Assembly (NCBI GenBank): GCA_902613995.1
Contig: CACMJG010000001.1
Span: forward strand, 19,751 to 83,750
DNA length: 64,000 nt
Source of the DNA: an uncultured Alphaproteobacteria bacterium
GTDB taxonomy: Bacteria > Pseudomonadota > Alphaproteobacteria > Methylaequorales > Methylaequoraceae
Direction: 5' to 3'
Shown: in pieces, positions 45,779 through 54,871 of the stretch
Layout of the letters: every line of letters starts with the position of its first letter
How positions within the stretch are numbered: the stretch's first letter is position 1
Made by a program: the position numbers and the translations under genes
The notes under the pieces: model-generated
Databases searched by the model: none
What the model saw: only the letters and a program-made list of their open reading frames with translations
Told to the model about the DNA's origin: nothing

Positions 45779-48133
45779 TTAATATGTTGTACCAAAACTA
45801 AATCTAAAAATCTCTTTTTTATCATAATTTTCTTTTAAAATTGCTCTTGTTAAGAAAAATTTAACTGGACCGAAAGGAGAGATCCAGCTTAATCCAACAC
45901 CTGCAGAGGCTCTCAAAATATTTTCATCTTTAATGAAGCTACTCGAAGAATTCGTGTTGTAAATACTACCAATATCTATAAAAGCTAAACCACTTAATCC
46001 TAGATCATCTGGCAAACCAAGGGGAAAGTTTAATTCATTTCTTGCAAGATAATATATTTCTCCACCTAGAGCATCACCAGTAGATGTATCCCTTGGACCT
46101 ATGCCTAAATTTTTAAATCCTCTCAAACGATCTCCGTTCAAAAAAAATCTATCATTAATCTTTACATCTTTAATAGAAGCAATGAAACCACCCTCAATAA
46201 AAGTTCCTAAATATAATCCCCCACCATCAGATATTCTATGGAAATTAGCTATTTTTAATTCACTAGAAAAATGTTCAGAATCTCCTATTAGTCCATGAAA
46301 GTCCAAATCTAATCTAACCCTGTAACCATCAGTAGGATTTAGCCTATCGTTTAGTTTATCATACTGAAAAGCTTGACCAATTATTGAGTTTACTCTTTTA
46401 CCTTCTTGTTCTCTAATAAAAAAAGAGGTTGAATTATCAATATCATGAATTTTATCTCTTTTCAAAGTGTAACTAGAAATATGCCTGAAATCATCAAACA
46501 ATTCGTAACCTGCTCTTAATTTAAATCCTATTATATTGTTTTTATACCCACTATAAGTTTTATTATTTCTTCTTATATTAAAAAGATCTATACCAGCAGC
46601 AACATCGGAATCTAAAAAATAGGGGTCTGTATAACTAAGGTCAATACTTGACCTTCGGGTCGAAAGACCAAGATCTAATGCCAATTCTTTAGCTTGACCA
46701 AAAACATTAGATTCTTTTACACCTATATTCCCGAGAGCACCATCTAATGAAGAAAATCCTGCACCTACAGAAAATTCACCAGTTGAGCGTTCTGTGACTT
46801 CAACATCAACTGTAGACTTGTTAGTTCCTGACAATTCATCAACTTTAAATTCCACATTTTCAAAAAGACCAGTTGATCTCACGTTTTTTTCACTCTGTCT
46901 TAATTTTAATGAATTATAGGGATCACCTTCTGCTAGTTCCATTTCTCGTCTAATTACTTTATCTTCAGTTTTAATATTACCCTTTATATTTATTCGATCC
47001 ACGTAAATCTTTGAACCCTGGTTGATGCTGAAAATTATATTAACTTTACTTGTGTTTTTTAACTTTCTGATCTTAGGTATAACTTCTACAAAAGCATAAC
47101 CTAATTCTGATGTTTTTTCATTTATGTTTTGGATTGTTCTATCTATTTTATCGGTGTCATACCAATCACCAGATCCAATTTCCAATAATGAGAATAACTT
47201 TTTGTTAGATAACTTTCTAATTGAAGAATCAACTTTGACATCATTAACTTTATATCTATTTCCTTCTGATAAATTAAAATTTACAATAAAGTCTTTTTTA
47301 TTTTTCACCAAGCTTGAGTTTGCAGAAATTACATTAAAGTCTATATATCCATTTTTAAAGTAATATTCTTTTAACAAGTCCTTGTCATAATTAATTCTAT
47401 CTCTGTCGAACCGATCATTTGAACCCCAAAACTCATACCACCTATATTCTGATGAAGAAACTACATCTCTTAATGTTGAATCTGAGAAAACATTGTTATT
47501 TAAAAAATTAATTTTTTTTATTGTCGCTTCTTTTCCCTCATAAACCTCAAAAACTAAATTTACTCTATTCTGTGCAAGTTTTATATATTTTGGTTCCACA
47601 AAGGTTGAAAAATAACCAGATCTTTTATAAATAGTTTGAATTTTCTTTACATCATTTTTTATTAAATCTGAAGAAAAAACATTTTTAGACTTAGATTCAA
47701 GCTCAGCTAAGATTATTTCATCTGAAATTTCTGTATTACCTTCTACAGATATTTGATCGATCAAAGGGTTTTCTTTAACATTAATAAAAACTATATTATC
47801 GTTTTTATATATATTAACGTTTTCATAATAACCTGTTTTATAAAGATTCTTAATAGCTATACTAAGATCCTTGGGTTTTGTTTTATTAGAATCAATAAGT
47901 GAATCCCTAATTATAACAGACGAATCTAGTCGATTATTCCCCTGAACAACTATTTGAGTATTTTTTGGAATAACAATCGACTTATTTTCAATTAATTTCT
48001 CACTTTTATTATAGTATTCATTGTTGTAGCTAGATGAAGGACTTGCAGGGGAATTATCTTGCGAATAAACATTATTTATTAAAAAAAGAATAAATAAAAA
48101 AGGATAAAAAAAAAAAATTTTATATATGCTCAC
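45779..48133 (-). CDS. bamA: Outer membrane protein assembly factor BamA
   Basis: 784 aa. It has a signal peptide, POTRA repeats, a C-terminal beta-barrel and a terminal aromatic residue (FSFGTTY). Confidence 0.93.
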   Translation of the reverse strand: MSIYKIFFFYPFLFILFLINNVYSQDNSPASPSSSYNNEYYNKSEKLIENKSIVIPKNTQIVVQGNNRLDSSVIIRDSLIDSNKTKPKDLSIAIKNLYKTGYYENVNIYKNDNIVFINVKENPLIDQISVEGNTEISDEIILAELESKSKNVFSSDLIKNDVKKIQTIYKRSGYFSTFVEPKYIKLAQNRVNLVFEVYEGKEATIKKINFLNNNVFSDSTLRDVVSSSEYRWYEFWGSNDRFDRDRINYDKDLLKEYYFKNGYIDFNVISANSSLVKNKKDFIVNFNLSEGNRYKVNDVKVDSSIRKLSNKKLFSLLEIGSGDWYDTDKIDRTIQNINEKTSELGYAFVEVIPKIRKLKNTSKVNIIFSINQGSKIYVDRINIKGNIKTEDKVIRREMELAEGDPYNSLKLRQSEKNVRSTGLFENVEFKVDELSGTNKSTVDVEVTERSTGEFSVGAGFSSLDGALGNIGVKESNVFGQAKELALDLGLSTRRSSIDLSYTDPYFLDSDVAAGIDLFNIRRNNKTYSGYKNNIIGFKLRAGYELFDDFRHISSYTLKRDKIHDIDNSTSFFIREQEGKRVNSIIGQAFQYDKLNDRLNPTDGYRVRLDLDFHGLIGDSEHFSSELKIANFHRISDGGGLYLGTFIEGGFIASIKDVKINDRFFLNGDRLRGFKNLGIGPRDTSTGDALGGEIYYLARNELNFPLGLPDDLGLSGLAFIDIGSIYNTNSSSSFIKDENILRASAGVGLSWISPFGPVKFFLTRAILKENYDKKEIFRFSFGTTY

Positions 48134-48139
48134 TATTAC

Positions 48140-49189
48140 CTACTTAAAAAATCTAAGGATGTCATTATATGTGGCAAAAATCATTAGCGAAATAAGTATA
48201 AAAAAACCAAACATATGAGCAATTTCAAGATATTTTCTTTTTAATGGTCCACCATTAATAAATTCAATAAAATTCAACACTAGGTGCCCACCATCTAACA
48301 TAGGAATAGGAAATAAATTAATTAAACCAAGGTTTAGAGAAATTATCATCATAAACCATAGAGTACTTTGCAAACCTTTACTCCAGAAATCTCCAGACAA
48401 TTCTGCTATTCGTATTGGACCTCCAAGTTCATCTGTACCTCTATTACCAGTGATTATTTCGTATACACCAACAAGAGTTAGCTTAGTAAAATTATATATC
48501 TGTAATAAAGATTCATTAAATGAGTCAAGTAGGTTTAACTTTTTATTCTCTATTTTTCCTCTTATTCCAATTATATTATTAATTACTTTTACGTTCAATT
48601 CAGAAACTTTTCCATCTCTGCTAAATAATAAATTTATTGACTGATTATTTTTGTTCTCAATTAGCCCCTTTATCTGAGAAAATTTTTCTATTTTATTTCC
48701 ATCTATTTCAATAATAAGATCACCTTCCTTTAACCCTGCATTGTAAGCAGGCATGCCATTTTCAACATAACTTATTTCAGGCTTATCAATTGAAATGCCA
48801 TAAAAAGAATTTATAAAAATTAACAATACGAAAGAAAAAATAAAGTTTGCAGCTGGACCTGCAACGAGAATCATTGATCTTTGGTATATTGTTTTTTCAT
48901 GAAATGATTGCTCGGGAATTATTTTAATAGAGTCATTTTTTTTTGTACTCGCTTCGTCCAAATCTCCGTGCATTTTGACATAGCCACCGAGAGGAATCAA
49001 AGAAAATTTCCATCTGGTATCGTTTTTGTCAGTGAATCCAAATAATTCTTTTCCGAAACCAATTGAAAAAACTTCAACTTTTACTCCATTTTTTCGAGCA
49101 ATCAGGTAGTGACCGAGCTCATGAACGAAAACTAGAATTGTTAAGATTATAATAAATGGAATTAGGTTGTTTAAAATTATATCTATCAT
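48140..49189 (-). CDS. rseP: Site-2 zinc metalloprotease RseP
   Basis: 349 aa. It contains HELGH, a single PDZ-like segment and the NLFPIPMLDGGH motif. Confidence 0.88.
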   Translation of the reverse strand: MIDIILNNLIPFIIILTILVFVHELGHYLIARKNGVKVEVFSIGFGKELFGFTDKNDTRWKFSLIPLGGYVKMHGDLDEASTKKNDSIKIIPEQSFHEKTIYQRSMILVAGPAANFIFSFVLLIFINSFYGISIDKPEISYVENGMPAYNAGLKEGDLIIEIDGNKIEKFSQIKGLIENKNNQSINLLFSRDGKVSELNVKVINNIIGIRGKIENKKLNLLDSFNESLLQIYNFTKLTLVGVYEIITGNRGTDELGGPIRIAELSGDFWSKGLQSTLWFMMIISLNLGLINLFPIPMLDGGHLVLNFIEFINGGPLKRKYLEIAHMFGFFILISLMIFATYNDILRFFK

Positions 49190-49197
49190 TTCAGTCT

Positions 49198-50358
49198 TTA
49201 GTAAGATCCTGACTTTATAATACTATTTGTTAAATCTCTAGAATCTTTATCTACTTCAATTACATCTTTTATACTATTGATACTAGATATAGAAGAATTA
49301 TTTAAAGTTTTTTCTACAACTCTTGCTATTGAAAGAAATTTAATTTTTTTTTCCAGAAATCTTTGAACAGCAATTTCATTTGCTGCATTAAGAATAGTTG
49401 GAGCACTTTTTCCAATTTCTAATGAATTATAGGCAAGTTGCAAACATGGATATTTGTTTAAATCAGGTTCAAAAAAAGTAAGTTTTTTTATCTCAGATAA
49501 ATTTAGTCTTTGAACATTTGTTTTTATTCTTTCGGGATATGCCAACGTAAAAGATATTGGCGTCCTCATGTCAGGGGTTCCCATTTGCGCTAACATTGAA
49601 CCATCCATATATTCAACACAAGAATGAATAATAGATTCAGGATGAATTACCACATCTATATTTTTTTGGTGAATACCAAAAAGATAACAAGCTTCAATTA
49701 ATTCTAAACCTTTATTCATCATAGTTGCTGAATCAATAGAAATTTTTTTCCCCATTGACCAATTAGGATGCTTAATTGCTTCTCTCGGAGTAACATCTTT
49801 AAGTTCATCTATTTTCGTTTTAAAAAAAGGTCCGCCAGAAGCTGTTAGTATAAGTCTTGAAATTTTGGATTTATTTTTAGAGTCTAATACTTGATAAATA
49901 GCGTTATGTTCAGAATCAACTGGTAAAATTTTAGCATTATTACTTTTGGCAAGTGAGGTGACTAAGGATCCAGAACAAACCAAACTCTCTTTATTTGCTA
50001 GTGCAATTGATAAGCCTTTCTTTAAAGCAGATACAACAGGAAGCAATCCAGCAGAACCAGAAATCGCGGCCATTACCAGATCGGTATTAAAATCAAGTAT
50101 TTCTTCGAAGGAATTTGAACCATTTAGTACCTTTAAATTCTTATTTGAATTTAAATCAATAAATTTTTTATACGAAGCATTATCATTTATGGAAACAATT
50201 TTTGGTTTAAACAATTTAGCTTGCTCAAGAAGTCTTAAATAATTTTTATTTGCTGTAAGAGCTATAACTTCGTATTTATCAGGATTGTGTTTAATTATAT
50301 CAAGAGTTGATTGTCCTATTGAACCAGTTGAGCCAAAAATTGTAATTTTTTTTTTCAT
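49198..50358 (-). CDS. dxr: 1-deoxy-D-xylulose 5-phosphate reductoisomerase
   Basis: 386 aa. It contains GSTGSIGQSTLD, LANKESLV, PVDSEHNA and NKGLE. Confidence 0.95.
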   Translation of the reverse strand: MKKKITIFGSTGSIGQSTLDIIKHNPDKYEVIALTANKNYLRLLEQAKLFKPKIVSINDNASYKKFIDLNSNKNLKVLNGSNSFEEILDFNTDLVMAAISGSAGLLPVVSALKKGLSIALANKESLVCSGSLVTSLAKSNNAKILPVDSEHNAIYQVLDSKNKSKISRLILTASGGPFFKTKIDELKDVTPREAIKHPNWSMGKKISIDSATMMNKGLELIEACYLFGIHQKNIDVVIHPESIIHSCVEYMDGSMLAQMGTPDMRTPISFTLAYPERIKTNVQRLNLSEIKKLTFFEPDLNKYPCLQLAYNSLEIGKSAPTILNAANEIAVQRFLEKKIKFLSIARVVEKTLNNSSISSINSIKDVIEVDKDSRDLTNSIIKSGSY

Positions 50359-50365
50359 ATATTAA

Positions 50366-51208
50366 TTATACTATAAAAAAAAAATTATAATCTAATAACT
50401 TTATAATTGAAACAAATATGATTAGTGGGAAAATACTATCCATTCTGTCTAATAATCCGCCATGACCCGGAATTAAATTGCTACTATCCTTCACGAAACA
50501 ATATCTTTTAAATCCTGACTCTAAAAAATCACCAAATTGAGAGATTATAGAAAATATTAATGAGAGGAAAATTATATTTGAAATATTAGAATTTTTAAAA
50601 AAAATTATTGTACAAAAAAAAATTGGAATAATTATGCCTCCAACAAAACCTGCCACTGTTTTATTGGGGCTTATGTTTGGTATAATTTTTGGTCCACCAA
50701 TTATAGAACCAAAAAAATATGCAGAAATATCTACAATCATTGTAAAAAAAACAATGAAAACTATAAAACTTATAAATTCACTACTTTGACTCATTTCATT
50801 TAAAAAAATAAATGCAAAAGTCACGTATAATAAACAAATTATTTTTACAACTGAAATTTCTGATAGCTTCAATAGACAAACGAAAATAAGAATAAAAGAA
50901 AAAATCTGAAGACCTAGGAGTGGAAAATTAAGTAGAAAAACAAAAAAATTAGTTAAACAAATTAAAATTAAGTCATATTTACCAACCTGAAATTTAGATA
51001 ATAAAAAATTACTACAATCAACTTTTTTGTTAATAAAACGTTTAAATTCCAGCATCCTTAAAATCTCCCAACTAGTTAAAAATAATAGTAATTGAGAAAA
51101 AGTTAAAAAAATAAAATTATTAGAACTTATCATAACAAAAAAAATTATTAACATTACAAAAGATGACAATATTCTTATCAATAAAGAGTTTTTCTTAATC
51201 ACCACCAA
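50366..51208 (-). CDS. cdsA: Phosphatidate cytidylyltransferase
   Basis: 280 aa. It is polytopic, with the C-terminal signature GDFLESGFKRYCFVKDSSNLIPGHGGLLDRMDS. Confidence 0.85.
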   Translation of the reverse strand: MVVIKKNSLLIRILSSFVMLIIFFVMISSNNFIFLTFSQLLLFLTSWEILRMLEFKRFINKKVDCSNFLLSKFQVGKYDLILICLTNFFVFLLNFPLLGLQIFSFILIFVCLLKLSEISVVKIICLLYVTFAFIFLNEMSQSSEFISFIVFIVFFTMIVDISAYFFGSIIGGPKIIPNISPNKTVAGFVGGIIIPIFFCTIIFFKNSNISNIIFLSLIFSIISQFGDFLESGFKRYCFVKDSSNLIPGHGGLLDRMDSIFPLIIFVSIIKLLDYNFFFIV

Positions 51209-51896
51209 ATCTCCTTTTCCTGTTAATATAATTTTTTAGTGCTAAAACATATTTTTGAGTATTGAACTCCGGCCATAAAGTTTTAGTAAAATAAAGTTCT
51301 GAATATGCAACTTGCCAAAGTAAAAAATTAGAAAGCCTCATTTCACCAGATGTTCTAATAACGAAATCTGGATCAGGAATGTCTTTAGTCATAAGATTCT
51401 TGGTAATATCTAATTCAGTCAATAAATTTATATTTTTGTTTATTTTTTTTATGGAATTTACTATTTCACTTCTGGAACCATAACTTAATGCCAAGGTAAA
51501 ATGAAGTTTATTGAAAGACCTAGTGCTAACTTGCAGACTTTTAAGTTTTGATTTTATCTTATAGTCGAATTTATCAATTTCTCCGATAAAGGAAAATTTA
51601 ATTTTTTTTCTTATAAAATGTTCTTCCTCAGAATCTAGATAAAGACTTAGTAAAGTTTGTAAATTTAATATTTCATCTTTACTACGACTCCAGTTTTCCG
51701 TCGAGAAACTAAAAAAAGTTAAATACTTAATATTAAATTCAAGAGACTTTTTTACAATTTTTTTTACAGTTTCTGAGCCCTTTTTATGACCATCAATAAT
51801 TTTAAGTTTTTTCTTCTTTGCCCATCTTCTATTACCATCCATAATAAAAGCAACATGATTGGGTAATTGCTTTTTTAAATTTGAATCAAAGCACAT
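51195..51896 (-). CDS. uppS: Undecaprenyl diphosphate synthase
   Basis: 233 aa. It contains HVAFIMDGNRRWA, FSTENW and RTSGEMRLSNFLLWQ. Confidence 0.93.
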   Translation of the reverse strand: MCFDSNLKKQLPNHVAFIMDGNRRWAKKKKLKIIDGHKKGSETVKKIVKKSLEFNIKYLTFFSFSTENWSRSKDEILNLQTLLSLYLDSEEEHFIRKKIKFSFIGEIDKFDYKIKSKLKSLQVSTRSFNKLHFTLALSYGSRSEIVNSIKKINKNINLLTELDITKNLMTKDIPDPDFVIRTSGEMRLSNFLLWQVAYSELYFTKTLWPEFNTQKYVLALKNYINRKRRFGGD

Positions 51897-52450
51897 TAAA
51901 CTTTCAAAATATCCTTTTCCTTATCTTGAAAAATATTTTCAATTTTTTCTACATATTTGTCAGTAAGTTTTTGAATTTTTTCTGAAAATTGAAAACCGTC
52001 ATCTTTTGAAATTGATTTTTCTTTCTCTTCGTCTTTTATTTTGTCCATTGCATCTCTTCTTATATTTCTAACTGTAATTTTTGCTTCCTCAGAATATTTT
52101 GATGCAACTTTAACAATTTCAATTCTTCTTTCTTGAGAAAGTTCGGGTATAGGAACTCTTATATTATTACCCTCAATCATAGGGTTTAAACCTAATTCTG
52201 AATTTCTTATAGCTTTCTCAACAGATTGAATTAAGCTTTCATCCCATACTTGAACAGTTATAAGTCTGGATTCTGGTACACTTACGTTTGCAACCTGATT
52301 AATAGGTACCTTTCCACCGTACGCCTCAACAGAAACTGGTTCAAGCAAAGAAGCTGAAGCTCTTCCTGTTCTTAAACCCAAATATTCTTTTTTAAGGTTA
52401 TTTAAGGTTTTTTCCATTTTTTCTTCGTATGAATTAAATTCTATTGTCAT
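51896..52450 (-). CDS. frr: Ribosome recycling factor
   Basis: 184 aa. It contains LRTGRASASLLE and a typical C-terminal helical region. Confidence 0.95.
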   Translation of the reverse strand: MTIEFNSYEEKMEKTLNNLKKEYLGLRTGRASASLLEPVSVEAYGGKVPINQVANVSVPESRLITVQVWDESLIQSVEKAIRNSELGLNPMIEGNNIRVPIPELSQERRIEIVKVASKYSEEAKITVRNIRRDAMDKIKDEEKEKSISKDDGFQFSEKIQKLTDKYVEKIENIFQDKEKDILKV

Positions 52451-53163
52451 TACTGAATAAGTGTAAAATTACCTTTGCCATTAACAATATCTTTTAGCGA
52501 ATTATATTCTTGAATTGAAAAAACAAGAATTGGAATTTTATTTTCTTTTGCAAGTGATATTGACGAAGTATCCATAATCCTAAGATCATTATTAATAACA
52601 TAATCATAGCTCAGGTTATATAACTTTTTAGCATTTTTATTTTTTTCTGGGTCCGAATCATATATTCCATCTACTTTTGTTGCTTTCAGGAGAATATCGC
52701 ATTTCATCTCAGAGGCTCTCAATGCTGCTGCAGTATCAGTGGTGAAATACGGATTTCCAGTACCAGCAGCAAAAATGACTATCCTATTTTTTTCAATGTG
52801 TCTCATTGCCTTTCTTCGTATGTAAGATTCACAAACGTTTTCAATCTTCAAAGCAGATTGAACTCTGGTGTCTATCCCTTTTTGTTCTATAGAGTTTTGA
52901 AGAATTAACGAATTCATAACTGTTGCCATCATACCTGTATAATCTGCAGAAGAACGATCCATACCTTTGGAAGAGGCAGATATGCCTCTAAATATATTAC
53001 CTCCGCCAACAACTATAGAAACTTTAATTCCCTTTTTAAAAACGTAAATAATTTGATCTGTAATTGCGTTTATTGTGTTTAAATCTATTCCGAAATCTTG
53101 ATTTCCCATTAATGCTTCACCGGAAAGTTTGAGCATAATGTGTTTATAGCCAAATTTTTTCAA
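52450..53163 (-). CDS. pyrH: UMP kinase
   Basis: 237 aa. It contains LKLSGEAL, VVGGGNIFRG and GTGNPYFTTD. Confidence 0.95.
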   Translation of the reverse strand: MKKFGYKHIMLKLSGEALMGNQDFGIDLNTINAITDQIIYVFKKGIKVSIVVGGGNIFRGISASSKGMDRSSADYTGMMATVMNSLILQNSIEQKGIDTRVQSALKIENVCESYIRRKAMRHIEKNRIVIFAAGTGNPYFTTDTAAALRASEMKCDILLKATKVDGIYDSDPEKNKNAKKLYNLSYDYVINNDLRIMDTSSISLAKENKIPILVFSIQEYNSLKDIVNGKGNFTLIQ

Positions 53164-53170
53164 AACGACA

Positions 53171-54043
53171 CTATTCTTGGCCTAATTTAAATATAACGAA
53201 ATTTATAATTTCAAAATTTTCGTTATGCTCTTTATTAAAAGCAGCTATACATTCACTTATTTTCATTTTATTATCCATTACAAATGTTTGTTCTAAAAGA
53301 CAAACTTCTTGATAGAATTTTTTGATTTTGCCATCAACAATCTTTTCAACAATTTCATCGGGCTTATTAGAAGATTTTAGTTGCTCAATATAAATTGATC
53401 TTTCTTTATCTACAAGATTCTTATCCAAACTCTCAATATTCATGGATTTTGGGTCTGTAGCAGCGACATGCATACATATGTTTTTAGAAAACTCATTTAC
53501 TTTTTCAGTTCCTTGATTTGATTTAAAAGACAGCAAGACACCAATTTTACCAGAATTTGGATTAATCGAATTGTGAAGATATTTTTCCAAAGAACCTAAT
53601 TTTTCATTTATAAATTCGAGTTTACGAATAACAATATTTTCCCCCAACTTTGAAATTAAATTCGTGAGATTTTCCTGAACATTTTGATTTGAATCGAGGA
53701 ATTTACAATTTAATAAACTTTCAACATTTTCAGCTTCATTTTTTAAACCTGTTAGTGCGAGTTCATCACAAAATTTTTGAAAATTTTCATTTCTTGCAAC
53801 AAAATCTGTTTCAGCGTTTACCTCGATAATAATTCCTTTATTATCAGCAATTTTTACTGTTATCAGACCATCCGAGGCTGATCTTGCGGATTTTTTTTGA
53901 GCAGTGTTTATCCCTTTCTTTCTTAACCATTCAATTGCCTTTTCAACATTCCCATTTGATTCGCTTAATGCCTTTTTACAATCCATCATTCCAGCACCAG
54001 ACTTTTCTCTTAACTCTTTGATAATTGAGGGTTTAAGATCCAT
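53171..54043 (-). CDS. tsf: Translation elongation factor Ts
   Basis: 290 aa. The N-terminal UBA-like region is IKELREKSGAGMMDCKKAL, and ETDFVARN is present. Confidence 0.95.
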   Translation of the reverse strand: MDLKPSIIKELREKSGAGMMDCKKALSESNGNVEKAIEWLRKKGINTAQKKSARSASDGLITVKIADNKGIIIEVNAETDFVARNENFQKFCDELALTGLKNEAENVESLLNCKFLDSNQNVQENLTNLISKLGENIVIRKLEFINEKLGSLEKYLHNSINPNSGKIGVLLSFKSNQGTEKVNEFSKNICMHVAATDPKSMNIESLDKNLVDKERSIYIEQLKSSNKPDEIVEKIVDGKIKKFYQEVCLLEQTFVMDNKMKISECIAAFNKEHNENFEIINFVIFKLGQE

Positions 54044-54057
54044 TTTATTAAATAACT

Positions 54058-54762
54058 TTAAGATTCAAGCTTTTGCTGCTCGTTTTCATTTTTTACATTG
54101 TTAATTGTATCTGCAACCGCACTACAATAATACTCTATAGATCTAATTGCATCGTCATTTCCTGGAATTGGATGATCTATACCCTCAGGATTTGAGTTTG
54201 AATCAACTACTGCCACAATTGGAATGCCAATTTTATTCGCCTCCTTAACAGCTAAAATTTCTTTATTGGTGTCAATTATAAACAAAAGATCTGGTTTACC
54301 TGGCATATTTTTGATACCTCCTAATGCTTTATTAAGTTTTTCTACTGAATTTTCAAACATTAATAATTCTTTCTTGGTATATGAATTGCTTTTATTTAAA
54401 AGAATTTCTTCTAAGTCTTTAAGCTTTTTTATTGAGTTTTGAATTGTATCCCAATTTGTTAACATACCACCAAGCCATCTTTTATTAATAAAAAACTGGT
54501 TACAATCTACAGCATATCTCTCAATTATGTCAGAGGCTTGTCTTTTTGTACCGATAAATAAAATATTTTTTCCATCTTTGGCGAAATCCTCCACAACTTT
54601 CAAGGCATTGTTGAAGAACGTTAAGGTTTGTTGTAAATCTATTATGTGAATACCATTACGATGACCAAAAATGAAATCTGACATTTTAGGGTTCCATCTA
54701 TTGGTTCTATGACCAAAATGGATTCCTGCGTCTAAAAGGTCTTTTATAGAAATAACTTTCAT
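54058..54762 (-). CDS. rpsB: 30S ribosomal protein S2
   Basis: 234 aa. It contains LLDAGIHFGH, RWLGGMLTN and the VDSN/IPGNDDA motifs. A GGAGAG Shine-Dalgarno lies upstream. Confidence 0.97.
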   Translation of the reverse strand: MKVISIKDLLDAGIHFGHRTNRWNPKMSDFIFGHRNGIHIIDLQQTLTFFNNALKVVEDFAKDGKNILFIGTKRQASDIIERYAVDCNQFFINKRWLGGMLTNWDTIQNSIKKLKDLEEILLNKSNSYTKKELLMFENSVEKLNKALGGIKNMPGKPDLLFIIDTNKEILAVKEANKIGIPIVAVVDSNSNPEGIDHPIPGNDDAIRSIEYYCSAVADTINNVKNENEQQKLES

Positions 54763-54871
54763 AATTCTCTCCGGTTAAACATGCACACGACAAGAAAACA
54801 CCAGAGTTGTCGCGTGTTTGAAATTCAAAAAGTATTCTTACAACTTACACTAGTAAAATTCAACCAAAAAT
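54763..54871 (-). promoter_or_regulatory. rpsB 5' untranslated leader with a GC-rich stem-loop (candidate S2 autoregulatory leader)
   Basis: This is the largest non-coding gap in the window (109 bp). The minus-strand RNA CACGCGACAA (rc of 54807-54816) pairs with UUGUCGUGUG (rc of 54784-54793) over 10 bp, including one G-U, with a 13-nt loop. That G-U would be an A-C mismatch on the plus-strand transcript. A GGAGAG Shine-Dalgarno lies at 54767-54772. Confidence 0.5.
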
